NCBI GenBank assembly: GCA_008632985.1
Contig: QPGO01000029.1
Location: 384,874 to 448,873, forward strand
From: Psammoneis japonica
Taxonomy: Eukaryota
DNA: 64,000 bases
Direction: 5' to 3'
The notes beneath the pieces were generated by a model. The model saw only the letters and a list, made by a program, of their open reading frames with translations, was not told the origin of the DNA and made no database searches. Numbering within the stretch: position 1 is the first letter of the stretch; each line of letters opens with the position of its first letter. This document shows, in pieces, positions 1-12,900 of the stretch. Made by a program: the position numbers and the translations under genes.

Positions 1-1972
1 TGGCGCAAGTGGTTCACGCCCGACACAAGAGCTGTCTCTGCGTCTGTCCATTCCGCAAGGCTTTCGTTGGACGAGAGGGCGTCGCCAAGCAGAGTGATTT
101 TGGACCCCACCATATCGATAATCATTTGCTGATGCTTCTCAATCATATCTCCCATGCATCGATTGGCTAATTCACGAAAGGGTGGTACCATGTCGACAAA
201 CATGCAAGATTGCTGCAGCATTTGTCCGCGGACATCGTCCGCGTTGCTCTTGAGACGAAACTTCTCCTTGTACTCTAGCCCCAGTGTCAGGCACTCATGG
301 GCCAAAAAGACGCAATCATTGTGAAAGACGGCGGCGGTACGAGGACTGCTTTCAATGTCGCTTCCTTGTGTAGCGGGGATGAGTGCTCGAAACAGATCCA
401 GTAATTCTCGTGCCGTGCGTACAGAGTAGGAGCAAAATGCCAGCCGGCGAGTCCACGGCTTCGTCCATGGCGCCACGACACATGCCGAAGAGCCTAGACG
501 TTGGTTTGGAAATGGAGCACTTGTGCAACTTAAAAATGGCCAAGCCATCGTCTGGTTCGAAATCCTCCTTGGTTTTTTCATTGACGTCTTCTCCAACCTC
601 AATGGTGTTGTGATAGTCATTGTTTAGCAGCACGTCTCGCGCGTCTCCGAGAATTTCGGCCTTCGTTTCTCGGCATACTTCTTGTCAAAGTCTTTGCAGA
701 ATTCTGTGATTGGCGAGGGCGGATTGAGCAAGTGACGCTCCGCCATTTCCGTTTCAAACGACTGGCAAAACCGTGTAGCTTCTCAGCCATGGCTGGCAGC
801 TTGGCGATTTGGTCCTCGTCCAAGCGTTCACAGGGGATGCACTTATCCATTATGAGTTTTGTAATGGATCGAGTCAGTGCTCCGCCGTTGGAACCAAGCA
901 AGGCGCTTTCGAGACCAAAAGCCTTGAGATTGATTCCGTTGGGATCATCATCCGGTCCACCAAACAAACGGAGGCCCACAATCTCACAAAGCTCGGGTCG
1001 TTCGAGTAAGACGTGTTTCTCGAGAAACGTCATGACCTTTTGAATGAGCTTGAGAGTATCGCCCCAAGCAGCAACTTGATTCTCTTCGGTATCTTCCAGT
1101 GGCTTGGAGGACGAGTCTCGACGATTCGTCCAATTCAACATGTAAAGGACTCTCTGCCCGTTTGCTTCGCTACGAGTGTCTTCACGAAAGATCCAAGAGC
1201 CCGTAAAGGTTCCCTTGCGGTGATTTTCCAAGAGCGGTTCGAACACCACCTCCTGAAGCTCGTCTGCAATACGTTGCACCGCATCAAGAGGCGCTCCCAA
1301 GGCTTGCAGTACAGTAAGTGCTTCCCCCGGCGACCTGCCTCGATGGAATTGGGCCCAAATACACAGCAGTCACCAACAATAGACTCTGCACGATCCAATA
1401 AGTCGACACGCTTTCGTCTTAGCGGAATGCGAATCGAGTCCAACACAGAGTTTGCAGCCTCTAACCGCTTACGGTCCTCCTTTAGGCCTTCATTTTGTCG
1501 GTTGCCTTATCGAGAGCCGTTTGCACCTTGGCAACAAGTTTTGCCGATTCCACCCAATCCTCGTGTGTTGTAGCTTGATCTAGATACGTTCTCGCCAAAC
1601 TGCACTCCTTAAGAAAGGCAATTGCAATGTAAGTTCCTCTGCTTGGGCCTTGAGCATTTCTGGATCTGTTTCTTCTGTTTCATCATTTTTCATTGTGAGC
1701 TCCTTTAGTTCAGCCTCCATATCATTTAATTTTTCACGAGTCTCCTGCTCGACAAGAGCCGCGTCTTGCTCAAAGATCGCAAAGGCCTTGTCGTACGAAG
1801 CCTTGGGGCTGTCATTTTCTGACGCTGTCGGTGCCGTAAGAATGGGTTGCTCGTTTTGTGCTGTTGCCAAGGCTTCGCCTGCCGCCTTTTGTATCTTACG
1901 CTTCACTGCCGCGAGTCTCTTGTTCAAGTCATTTTCAGAAGCGGTATTTGACGGAACTTCCATCATTTTCAA
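1..1972 (-). CDS. ZW10: ZW10-like kinetochore/NRZ tethering subunit, 3'-truncated by the window edge and broken by several frameshifts
   Basis: Fragments 1580-1972, 617-1300 and 352-633 join across frameshifts. The reverse strand near 290-335 reads AAVFHNDCVFLAHEC and near 175-210 reads CMFVDMVPPFRELA, resembling ZW10 C-terminal motifs; N-terminal coiled coil. Confidence 0.7.
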
Positions 1973-2236
1973 CTGGGGTCAATCTCAAATGGGTAGGAGT
2001 TACAGTAGTTGCGGTTTTGTCGCGTTGAGGTGCCAGGAGCAGCGGCCTTTGGCGTGCCGCGCGCGACGCTGATGGCGATTGAATTGTGTTGAATGCGCAA
2101 ACATTCAAATTCAAAATGGCGCGACTTGCCATGGCTCGTAAATTAAAGATCTTGGGTACATTAGACCTACCGTATGATTGGGACCAACACCGGAAGCCAG
2201 ACTAGACCTACCACTCACAACTCGTAGACATCGGAA

Positions 2237-2600
2237 TAGTCGCAAACAACAGTCTACCGAAACAGGAGTACCTGGTGCTGTGCACACTCTCTATAATAGA
2301 TGTCTTCAAGTAGTTCCTACGATAGTTTGCTCTCTACTAGAGTTAGGCTACTAATAGTGATGAGGAGAGGAACGACCTAAGCGATCAAGCCGCAGCCAGC
2401 AGGGTTAGGCCCTAGGTAGTCGCAAACAACAGTCTACCGAAACAGGAGTACCTGTTGCAGTGCATACTCTCTATAATAGATGTCTTCAAGTAGTTCCTAC
2501 GATAGTTTGCTCTCTACTAGAGTCAGGCTCGCTACTAATAGTGATGAGGAGAGGAACGACCAAAGCGACGAAGCCACAGCCAGCAGGGTTAGGCCCTAGG
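2237..2600. repeat. Tandem duplication of two ~180-bp units (2237-2416 and 2417-2600)
   Basis: Both units start TAGTCGCAAACAACAGTCTACCG and end GGGTTAGGCCCTAGG; they differ by a few substitutions and one 4-nt indel. Confidence 0.95.
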
Positions 2601-2905
2601 GCCTGCCGGTACCTAGATTGTCTCAGATGTAAAACTCCGTTCAATTGATTGAGACGCTTTTTCTTCATACAATATAGGCCAGGGGCTAAGCTTGCGACAG
2701 ATTCTCGGCGCATTGTTGTTCAAGTCGCGTCCATCCAGCAGGAAACTGCCCTTCAACTCCTGCGAAGATGGCGGTTCAACACTGCGCCAAGACATAAGAA
2801 TGCCTGAAAAAGGATTCGAGCTACCAAAAGTCCAAAAAAAAGTTTTTCAAATAGCGCAAAATATGAACATCAAAAATGGTGCGGATGCAAAATTTAGGGG
2901 CAAAA

Positions 2906-4636
2906 CTAGCGACGACGAGTGCTGCCGAAAAGCTCAAAATGTGTCCGTCGAAAGGTCGCTCGAACTCCTTGCTCAATATCTGGAGCGGGATGAGACTCCG
3001 CCTCTCCATTCTCACCATCATGTTGTTGACACTCCTCAATATTATCCTCTAGCAGTATATCCGAAGATTTATCGTTGCTTGAAATTGCAACACTTTCGGC
3101 ATCGTTTCGGTCTTCGGAATCATTTTGTTTAAGATTCGTCCGACTTCCCGTCAAAATATCACCTGCTAGACCGACTCCAAAGATTGCGGACCGCTGTACA
3201 GCTTCACGATTCAACATTTCACCGACTTCGCTCAAAATCTTACCCGTTGGGTCTTCAAGGCAGTTGTGAAAATGGGGATCGGCTTGGTGGTCACCAGTAG
3301 CAATGTCGTAGCGGAGACCTCTTCTTGGATTACGCCATGTCCCACCAAAGCCGACTCCCATGAGATAGAAGAAAGGAAACATGGTCAAACATGACCATGC
3401 AATGACAACGGCGATTGCCAAAGACTGTAATCCAAACTGTGTCATGCCGCCGCCGTAAAAGAGGCCATCTCGTACGGTGATACCTGGGAGGTTGGAATCA
3501 GCAAACAAACCAACTGCGAGGAGGCCCCATATCGAAGCGCCGACGTGAACGCCGACTGCGCCCACCGGGTCATCAAGCTTGAGTTTCCTCAACATGATCC
3601 AATCATTGATGAAGCAAGCTACAACAGAACCAACAATACCAATAACCAAAGCGACGTACGTGTGAACAGAAGCGCACGTAGGAGTTATTGCAACGAGCGC
3701 TCCCAAAATACCATTGACAATATCTACCGGCCGCAAGAACTTGCCCCTGGTATAAAACTGTGAATAAGCCATTGCAGCGACTCCACCAGCAGCACTGCTG
3801 TTTATTGTGTTCACGCCAGCACGAGTTGCAACAACCCACTTATCGTTGCTGATTCCAAACGAAGATCCGCAATTGAAACCAATCCAGCCCCACCACAACA
3901 TGAACAATCCGAAAAGCATCGACGTTGGCGACCCTTCTGAGAAATCAGATGCAGGCCGCGTCCCATCGAAACGGCCCATTCGCGGACCAACCATAATTAT
4001 GCCGACAAGACCATTCATCCCTCCCAGGAGGTGAACCGGTCCACCTCCAGCAAAATCATGAACACCAAGCTGATTCAGCCATCCGTTGTCGGCCCAGAAC
4101 CAATGAGCCACAAATGAGTAAACGATAACTGCAAAAAAGGAAAAGATACAATAGATCGAGAACTTCAATCTCATTGCGACACAGCCGCTCACAATTGTCG
4201 TGGAGGTTGCCGCAAAGCTTAGCTGAAACACATACTTGGAATACAAGAGTCCTGACTCGACCGTGCTGTCTGAATTCCCGTCAGGAAGAAACCCTCCAAG
4301 ACCCATAAACGGGTTCGAAGGTTCTCCATAGGCAATTCCGTACCCGAAAAAGTAAAATGCTAGGGCACCATAAAGCACATCGACGACATTTTTGAGCATA
4401 ACATTAACTTCATTGCCAGGTGTCGTATTGCCAATCTCGAGTAGTCCAAAGCCGGATTGCATTGTGAGAATTACGAAGCTTGACGTGAGGATCCAAGTGG
4501 CATCGTCCGCATAGTCTTCTGCTTCTTCAACAAAGATTGGACATTCTGCAATCGTTTCGCAATTCATGTTCGAGTCCCAGCTGCAAATACTTGTACTTGT
4601 TTTACTGCTTGTATCCGTCAAGACCTGGATGGACAA
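2906..4636 (-). CDS. AMT: Ammonium transporter (Amt/Mep/Rh family)
   Basis: 576-aa multi-TM ORF with MQSGFGLLE, FQLSFAATSTTIVSG, HDFAGGGPVH, WWGWIGFN and DDPVGAVGVH motifs. True start uncertain. Confidence 0.97.
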   Translation of the reverse strand: MSIQVLTDTSSKTSTSICSWDSNMNCETIAECPIFVEEAEDYADDATWILTSSFVILTMQSGFGLLEIGNTTPGNEVNVMLKNVVDVLYGALAFYFFGYGIAYGEPSNPFMGLGGFLPDGNSDSTVESGLLYSKYVFQLSFAATSTTIVSGCVAMRLKFSIYCIFSFFAVIVYSFVAHWFWADNGWLNQLGVHDFAGGGPVHLLGGMNGLVGIIMVGPRMGRFDGTRPASDFSEGSPTSMLFGLFMLWWGWIGFNCGSSFGISNDKWVVATRAGVNTINSSAAGGVAAMAYSQFYTRGKFLRPVDIVNGILGALVAITPTCASVHTYVALVIGIVGSVVACFINDWIMLRKLKLDDPVGAVGVHVGASIWGLLAVGLFADSNLPGITVRDGLFYGGGMTQFGLQSLAIAVVIAWSCLTMFPFFYLMGVGFGGTWRNPRRGLRYDIATGDHQADPHFHNCLEDPTGKILSEVGEMLNREAVQRSAIFGVGLAGDILTGSRTNLKQNDSEDRNDAESVAISSNDKSSDILLEDNIEECQQHDGENGEAESHPAPDIEQGVRATFRRTHFELFGSTRRR

Positions 4637-4999
4637 GCAGGCTCCCTAGTCTCGTCATGTTCATACCGGTAGCTAGAATAGGAGACAACTTTGAGACGAC
4701 ATTGCGTGTGGCTTTTTTCAAAAGCAAAAATGAGAAATTCGGTGGGAAAGAACGGAACTTATGCGTGACTTCGGGACAGAGACAGCTAAATGGATAGCAC
4801 AACGCACAGTGACGTCAACTGCTTTTTTTGGCTTCCGCCCATCCACTGCTTTTTTCTTCCCCTCTTCCCCACCCGTGCGTGATGCAGACCTCCCATGCTC
4901 TCCAAAGCTGGCTTGCCCCTCTAATCAGTGTTTTGTGCTGAGGTCTTTTGTCTGAAGCACTTGCTCACAGAAGCTCAAGGCCCCAAGGCTGGGGGGAGG

Positions 5000-6650
5000 T
5001 CAGAAACCTTGTTTTGAGTTGGCCCTGGGACTGGCTCAGCTTGCCTCGAGCGCACACAATGCTGAAAATGTGAGGGGAGAGCAGAGCGATGAGAGGCGAG
5101 TTTGCGAGCTCACCCACCACCATTTCTTGCAGGAGATCAGCAGTGAGAGAAATTTGCATCAAAATCAAACCAATGCCAAGTGCCAGTTGTTGAACCAGCA
5201 AGTCAACATGTCACCAAAAAAAATGGAGTCCCACCGTCGGGGGCTTGTGCTTCCTGTCGACACACTTGCCTTGGTGAGCTGCTGTGGTGGCTGTGGGCTG
5301 CCAAAGGCATCAATGCAAACTACAAACCTGCACAATAACAGGTGCCTGCTGATGCCAAATGAAGAATTGTGCAAACCAAATGATTCACTCCAAAGGGTGA
5401 GATCATGAAACCGAGAGGTGAGAGAATGGCGACGGTGAGAAACCTCACTCACACCGAATGAGCTGCATCAGGTGTCAAAGCATCTTCTCTTCAATGCATC
5501 CAGGTTTCTTGCTCTTCCTGTGATCTGGATGTTCCAACACACTGCTGCTGCTCGCATCAATGTTCTGCTGGCCAGCTGGGGCCAGTTGGCATTCGGGAAA
5601 AACTGGCCTCTCTGTCGCGGAGATCAAATCATCACCAGGTGCACCTGTTGCTTTGCAGCCAATGTCCTGCAATTCACAGCAGCACAAGTTGGTGCACTGT
5701 CCATTGTCAGAACTGTCAACCACATCATTGAACAAGTGTGGCGCACCTTGCCCCCCCCCCCCCTCAAAAAAAAATGATCCGCCACTTGAGCACGATGAAT
5801 CCTCTCTCTCACAATTCCACAGCACGGGCCATTGGTCAGGTCCATGATCCAACCATTGACCATCTCAGGAGTCAAATCAAAGAACTCCATTTTGGGGCAA
5901 AACCACCTGCACATGGGGTCCGCATGTTCAACGTGTCATGGTGGAAGAAGAAAAACACTGGCTTCACGACAGCCGCATTGCAAATGATGCCATCTGCACC
6001 CATTGCGAGTCTGCAACAACTCATTTGAAATCCAGGATGATGACCAGTGTCAAGTTGCATGAGGGGACTGCACATCCCATTTTTGTCCACACCACAGACA
6101 GGACAATTGACCCTCAACTTCTTGCACAAATTGTCAACATTGTTCTTGTCCAGGGCCAGCTGCAACTCATTGCCCATTGACCCAATGGCACACTTGTCAT
6201 TCACATTCTCTTCACCATCTTTGTGTTGTCCAAAAAACAAACAACATGTTTTGCATTGCATCAAGGCTTGGCCTCCAACACATTCCCAAAATGCTTTGGT
6301 CCAGTGCAGTGCCTTCCAAGCATGCCGCACAATCTCAGAGATGATGCGCTGCAAAATTGTCATGGATGGACAACATCGGTGCAGCAGCAGACATGTGCTC
6401 AAGTGCTGCAGGACTCCACAGTTTGATGTCCTTGCATGCTTCTTTCATTGCATGGCATTTCCTGGTCCATGGTCCATGACACAGTTCCAGAGCTGATGGC
6501 AGCCCCTTGAGGCAGTGTGTGTGTTCCCACTTCTCACTTCTTCAACAACACTTGACATCGTGGCAGAGGTGTGGGTTGTCTGTCAACTGCCTTTCATTGC
6601 CATTGATCCACTGGACCATCTTTTTTCTTGGATTTCCAGTCATCTCTCAA
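5000..6650 (-). mobile_element. Degenerate unclassified dispersed repeat (family A), coding-like
   Basis: Shares recognisable sequence with 39500-39900, 46900-48330 and 49290-49400 (e.g. VLEHPDH / LLEHPDH / VLKHLDP peptides and GTTGAACCAGCAAGTCAA). TA- and CG-depleted. Boundaries approximate. Confidence 0.55.
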
Positions 6651-6989
6651 ACATCATCTTGGCAAGTTTTTCAAACTTGCCCCTGCACTTCCATGGCCAC
6701 TTCTGAGTTGTCATGTCATGTGGTGTGCTTGGCTCATGCACTTCAGTTTCATTCATGGTTGATGGTTGTTCTTAAGAACAGAGTGATGCCAGAACAAATT
6801 GTGGCTGGTTGCACCTCATGGCTCATGACATCTTCCAGATTTCAGGGATCTTTCACCCACATGGGTCAGAATTCTCATCTGACATCACAGACAGGAAATG
6901 CCTCTGTCATGCTTGAAGTCAAAACAGCCCACAATGGCCAGTGTAAACTTTCAAACTTCTCACCCTGCAGTGGTTCAGTTGTGAACTCT

Positions 6990-8113
6990 CCAAGCATGTC
7001 ATCAGTTGAACAATGCTGCCCTTCTTGATCTGGTCAGTGAAACAGAAATGCCGAGTGCCAATTGCTCTGTGGACTGCTTCCCAGCACTCCTGTGCCCATT
7101 CATTTCTAACAGCATGGCACTCTTGTTGTCCTGGCAAAAGACATTCTTGTCAATTGGACTCACCTGATGTTCCATGAACAACTTTGTGCACAGAATCATG
7201 GTCATTGCATCATTGACCCTGCAAGTTCAGCCTCTGTGCTGCTTCAGCAGGTGTGGAGCTTTTGGCACTTCAATGCAGCCTGCACTGCTCCATTGCCTGA
7301 GTCCACAATTCCTCCTGTGTGGCATTTAAAATCAGGGCACACTGCAAATGATGCACCCACATGTTCACACAACTTGAACACTTGGAGGTCCTTTGTGACT
7401 TCATTTCACATCTGGTTCAGGCACTCAATGCAACAGACTGGCTTTCCCCCCAGCCCTTCTTGGTTGGCTCTCTGACACATGTGCACAATGCTGCAACAGC
7501 AGGGTGTGCATCCATGCAGCCTCTCTTGGGTTCAAAAAGTCCATTGGACACCCACGCATAGAATGTTTTTGCTTCATCAGTCAGCAATCTTGTGCTGCCG
7601 GTGTCAAATGGGTTTTCTCCAGCTGGCATTGTGGCAGCATCTACACTCTTGATCTCTTCCAGGAGCTGGTTGATGATCTTGTGAATGCAGTCAGTCATGT
7701 CAACTTTCACCTTGCACTTGGTTGTGGCTCAAGTCCAGGGCCATTCTGAGGCAGTCGTGCTTTTCTTTCCTCATGTCACAACAACTTTGCAATGGCTTCC
7801 ACACATCTTGTTCAGCCAGCTTGGGAATTCGTTGTTTGCTTTTGGATTTGCATGGCTTGACAGAAGGTCATCCACATGGAAATGTGTGGTGTGCTGCTTG
7901 CCGTTGACCAGTCAATTGGCAACAAACAAATTGCGTGGGTTGAACTTAAACCCAATCTTCTCCAAGTCCTTGCAAATTGCTTGTGCCAGCACAGCAGAGC
8001 TGCAACCAACATGCCACACACAGCTCCAATGACTTGGACATGATGGAGGGCTCTCTTCTCCTTTTCCATGACCACACATGATGGTCCATGCAGGTTGGGA
8101 TCAATGCTCACCA
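6990..8113 (-). mobile_element. Degenerate Ty1/copia (CoDi-like) RT/RNase H relic
   Basis: Peptides CGMLVAALLCWHKQF, VKVDMTDCIHKII and QDNKSAMLLEMNGHRSAGK correspond to copia RT and RNase H motifs; many stops and frameshifts. Confidence 0.85.
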
Positions 8114-8114
8114 G

Positions 8115-10190
8115 TGCACCAGCAACCATGTTCCTGAAGTTGAAAGGAGCATTGAAACCATCAAAGAGCAAACTCAAGCCACTGCACACTGCCTGACATG
8201 CAAGAAGATGGTGCCAAAGTGGATGTGCAGGAATGCTGTGATCAAGAACACTGTCATGTCAATGTGTGCCCACAGCAAGAAGAAATTTCTGACATGTGCA
8301 ATCCACACACCATCATGCAATGAAGAAACCTCAACTGTGACAAGCACTTTGAGCTCACCTTTAGTGAATTTGTCCTTTCTCACATTGAGAACAACCCAAC
8401 AAACACCACAAACATGCATGGCATTGACAGCACACATCTGCAACCATGCTTTGATGTTCCCAAGGGTGGCCACCACCAGCCCACTGTGAACCTGCACATG
8501 GGCAAACTTCTGAATCTCTGTGCAAAGTGTGCTGCTGCACACCTGATTGACACACATGTGCAAGTGCTCAAGAAGATGGCCACAGCACAAGGCATCAAAG
8601 ATCATTTGAAATTTATGGGCAAATGCAGAGACAACCTGTGTGATGCTGGTTGGACTGCATGAGTGGAAAATGACAAAGACAAAAGCAATGGAGAAGATGC
8701 AAACAAAGACAAAGAAAACAAAGACTGTGCCAAAAATGTTGTGACCAACTCAGAAGATGACAACTGTGAAGACAAAGTGCTGGACTCTGGTGAAGAGTGC
8801 AAAGAAGCAAACAAGATCCTGGCCAATGGAAGATCCAGCCCTGATCAACAGCATGAGAGCAATGAAATCAAAGACACAATGACTGTGACAACACTGAAGA
8901 AAACAAGGACAGCATGGAGCCAGAAGAAGACACAAAGAAACCCAAGAGGAGACAAAAGATGGGAAGGAGAAAGACTGGCAGATGATTCAACAGCAATGAC
9001 TGGAAGAAGAGCCAGGTCCAGCAGTGCTTTTTTCATGCCACAACACACATTCAGAAGCACAAGAACACATCACAAGAGAAGAAAGTTTGATTTGCAGGAG
9101 TGGCAGAGACACTGCAAAAGAGAAGCACAAGCAGAACAGACTCAAACACTGTCACCATTTGCAAACAAATGTGAGCCCCAATCCAGAGGATGACATTGAG
9201 TGTGATGCAGAAACAGCAACGACACTGGCACAATTCATGTGCAAGCTTGACAACCAACTCCAATCAGGAAAGGGCATTTCCTTTGCCCAGCAGCATTTGC
9301 TGCACAGGGTCTGAAAGTGTTTGGCCAGAGTGTGACACCTCGGAGAAGGAGATTGGACAACTCCAGCCATGACAGTGTGTGTGTTTTGCACCAACATCAG
9401 TTGAAGACATGATTTTGACTGAGAGGGCCAAGGCTGTGATTGCCTTGATGTTCCCAATGGAGAAGCAGATGGTTGCACAAAATGACAAATGGTTCAAATG
9501 GAAAATTGAACAGAGAATGGCTGGATGAGGATGAATCAGCCAGTCCAATGGCATCATTGGAAGGAGTGCCAATGACATCCATTGTTGATGCTGTCAAAGA
9601 GCCTGATGTGATGAGCATGGATGTGCCAAACACGTTCATCTGGATGCTGGTCCTGGAACCCAACAAGGGTGAAACCTGGCTGGGCAATGACAAAGATTGC
9701 AGGAGTGATGTTTGACATGCCAGTGAGCATTGACTCCAACCTGCATGGACCATGTGTGGCCATTGAAAAGTGGAAGAGAGTTCTCCATGTCCAAGTCATT
9801 GAAGCCATGTGTGGCATGTTGGTTGCTGCACTGCTGTGGCACAAGCAATTCACAAGAACTTGGAGAAGATTGGGTTCAAGTTCAACTCATGCAATTTGTG
9901 CATCGCCAATTGACTGGACAATGGCAAGCAGCACACCACACATTTCCATGTGGATGACCTGCTGTTGAGGCATGCAAATCCAAAAGCAAACAACAAATTC
10001 TCAAGCTGACCAAACAAGATGTGTGCAAGCCTTGGTGAAGTCATCACAACATGAGGAAAGAAGCATGATTGCCTCAGAATGGTCCTGGACTTCAGCCACA
10101 AGCAAGGGCAAGGTGAAAGTTGACATGACTGGCTGCATTCACAAGATCATCAAACAGCTCCTGGAAGAGATCAAGAGTGTGGATTCTGCC
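8115..10190 (+). mobile_element. Degenerate Ty1/copia integrase-RT relic
   Basis: NHVPEVERSIETIKEQ (integrase), AQQHLLHRGLKVFG, SPMASLEGV...DVPNTFI and LHVQVIEAMCGMLVAALLWHKQF (RT). Confidence 0.85.
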
Positions 10191-10480
10191 ATGGTGCACA
10201 AAATCTTGAACAAAGCCATGTTGTGCTGTCAGATGATGTTGTCCAGTGTGCTGCATGCACTGACATGCTTCTTGGAATGCAGTCTCATGCTTGATTGACA
10301 CTTGATTGTCTTGTCAATTGCACACAGCATCTTAACTCAGAATGCCCAAACAATGTCAATGCAGAGGATTGCACCTTGTCTCTGTTCATTGTGTGTCTCA
10401 GGTGGAGTTGCTGTCATGTCGTTCCTCTCATGGGATTGGCACACATGTCTGGTGATGTCATTCCTTTCATGGGAGTGATG

Positions 10481-10577
10481 NNNNNNNNNNNNNNNNNNNN
10501 NNNNNNNNNNNNNNNNNNNNNNNNNNNNNNNNNNNNNNNNNNNNNNNNNNNNNNNNNNNNNNNNNNNNNNNNNNNNN
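10481..10577. other. Assembly gap (97 N)
   Basis: Run of N. Confidence 1.
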
Positions 10578-10599
10578 GACAAGCTTTTTGCCTGGTTTA

Positions 10600-12900
10600 A
10601 ATGCAAAAATGGCTTGAAATCCCTCATGTTGGGAATTCCAGCCTTGCAGCACAGTCTGAGTGCTTGCTCTGTGCTTGCAGCTTCCCTCTTGGTGCAGCCT
10701 GTGGCACCCTGTTCTGCCATTGGAGCCACAGCTCCAGATGATGCACTCTTGTGCTTCTTCTTTCTCTTTTTTTTTCTTCTTCTTCTTTGACAGCATGCTT
10801 GCATGTGATTTGCTTTCTTGATGTTCTTCAACACAAAGAATCTGGCTTGGTGCAAAAGCACACAGCCTGCTGACATCATTCACTCAAAACACTGTGACTT
10901 GTTTGCCAATCTTCTTGTCCAGCAGGCTGGGCTTCGCCCAGCACTTGGCCATCACATGTTGCACAGTGCTTGCTCTTAACATCCTTTAGACTGTGGATGT
11001 TTGCTGTTGTGTTCTCTGTTCCAAGCTTCACACACCCCATCCAGGCATGGTGCAGTCTTTGTCCAGGGTGTCCACTCCTGCATTTGTGAGCAGATTGAGC
11101 TTGGTCTTGGCTGGCCACACATTGCACACCAGCCTCCAGTTTGCTGCCATGCTGAGGGCAGAACCATTGTCAAGGATGATCTCATCCATCTCAATGTTGT
11201 TGTTGGCTTGGTTCATGCTTGTCTCTGGTCTTTCATTTGCCAGTTGCAACCTGTGGCATGCAGTGCTCCTGCTTTGGCTGGCATGGGTTGGTCAGTTAGA
11301 TCTGGCATTGTTGTTGATGGCTGCTCATGTTGTTGCCATCCACCAATGAGTTGTCATCATTGCCAACTTGTGTCTGTGCATGACTCTGTCTCTCAATGTC
11401 TGGCTTCCTTCCAGCAATCTTGAACCAACTGCTGTGCACAACGTCTTGTTTTTCATGCTTGCAGTCTGGGGACTTGTGATTGTTCAGTTCACCACAACAG
11501 CAACTCACCACATTTTCTCTGGTTGCTCTTCTGGGCATGGCTGTGGTCCTTTGAATTGTCAGACCAGTTGTTGCTGTTGTCGTCATTGCCACTTCTGTTC
11601 TTGTTGTCTTTTTGCTGATTGTTCTTCATCTTGCATTGGTTGCAAGGAGATTGTTGTCTTTTGGATGGCTCAACAGTGCATTGATTGCCTTCTTTAGAGT
11701 CTTTGGACAGGTGTCTTCACCCAGACCACATTCTCTCACAAAGATCTTCTTCAAGGCAGCTTGCAGCTCTTGCAGCAGCAACCATTGCTGTTCTCCATGA
11801 AAAGGCATGTCATCCATGTCTCAAACACTGACTCATTTAGTTCATCTTGAAGTGCAGAGTTTCCATCTTGGCACTCCTTGGCAGTGTGCACAAATCCATC
11901 TAACGCTCTGTCTTCCAGTCCTTCTTTTGTGGCATCTTGCTGATTCTTGATTCTTGAAAGGCAATTGTGTCTCATTCTCCTGTCACCTCACATCTAGAAT
12001 GTTTTTCTTCAGGGCCCCAGTGAGTGCATGGAACAGATGTCAACTTCTCATTGAGTTGGGTGTGAGGGATTGAATTGCTTTCAATGACATGATCAGATCA
12101 TCTCCAATGCTGGAGAAACTGGGATCAACTTGCATTCTCTGCTTTGTTTGCTTGATGTGCAGCAATTGTCAAAAATCTTTGCAAATGCAGGAGTTGTCTT
12201 GTTCTCTTTGAACTCTTTCACTGTTTCACAGTGCCTGCTTGGCTCTGCTTCATGCTTTTGTTCCAGCCATTTGTCCTTGCCCTCTTTCATTTGCAGTGTC
12301 ATTTGGTGTGTCCTGCAGCATCTTTTGCAGGCAGCATTGCCATGGACACTCTCATGGTGGGTTTCTTGGAAATGCAATCCTTGCATTCAATGTCCTCCAA
12401 AGACCTTGCCATGTGCATGCCTTGCTCACACTCCTTCTGTGTGTGGTGGATGAATGCAGCATTGCAAGCATCACTGTTTGGTGATGAAGGATGGAATTTC
12501 ATCTCAGGCTAAAAGTGCTTCTCAGTGTTGGTCTTCTTCTTTGGGTCAGAAGAGCTGTGACTCTTGTCACCTCTGCAACCACAACCTTGGCCTTGATTGC
12601 TTGTTCCACCACCTCCTCTCCCACTCATTGTGCAGGTGTTCAGCATTTCAACTGGCTGCATGCAAGCCATTGTTTGCAAGCACCAAATGCAGTGCTGGCA
12701 ATTCTTTGGAGTGAACATTGAACCGGCAAGCCATTGTCACCAAAAAGGAATCCTGCTGGGCTTTCTGTGCTGCTTGACACACTTGCTGTTCTTGTTTTGA
12801 CCAAAACCAGAGAACTCTTGTTTTCAGCAACTTTTTGTGTGATTTGCTCTCAATGACTTGTGGGCTTGGAGCCAGCTCTGTTGCTGCAGCCCACAGCAGC
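10600..12900 (-). mobile_element. Degenerate copia gag/protease relic
   Basis: Zn-knuckle-like SCCCGELNNHKSPDC and protease-like IILDNGSALSMAAN...LLTNAG. QKECEQGMHMARSLED is shared with the relic at ~40160. Confidence 0.75.
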
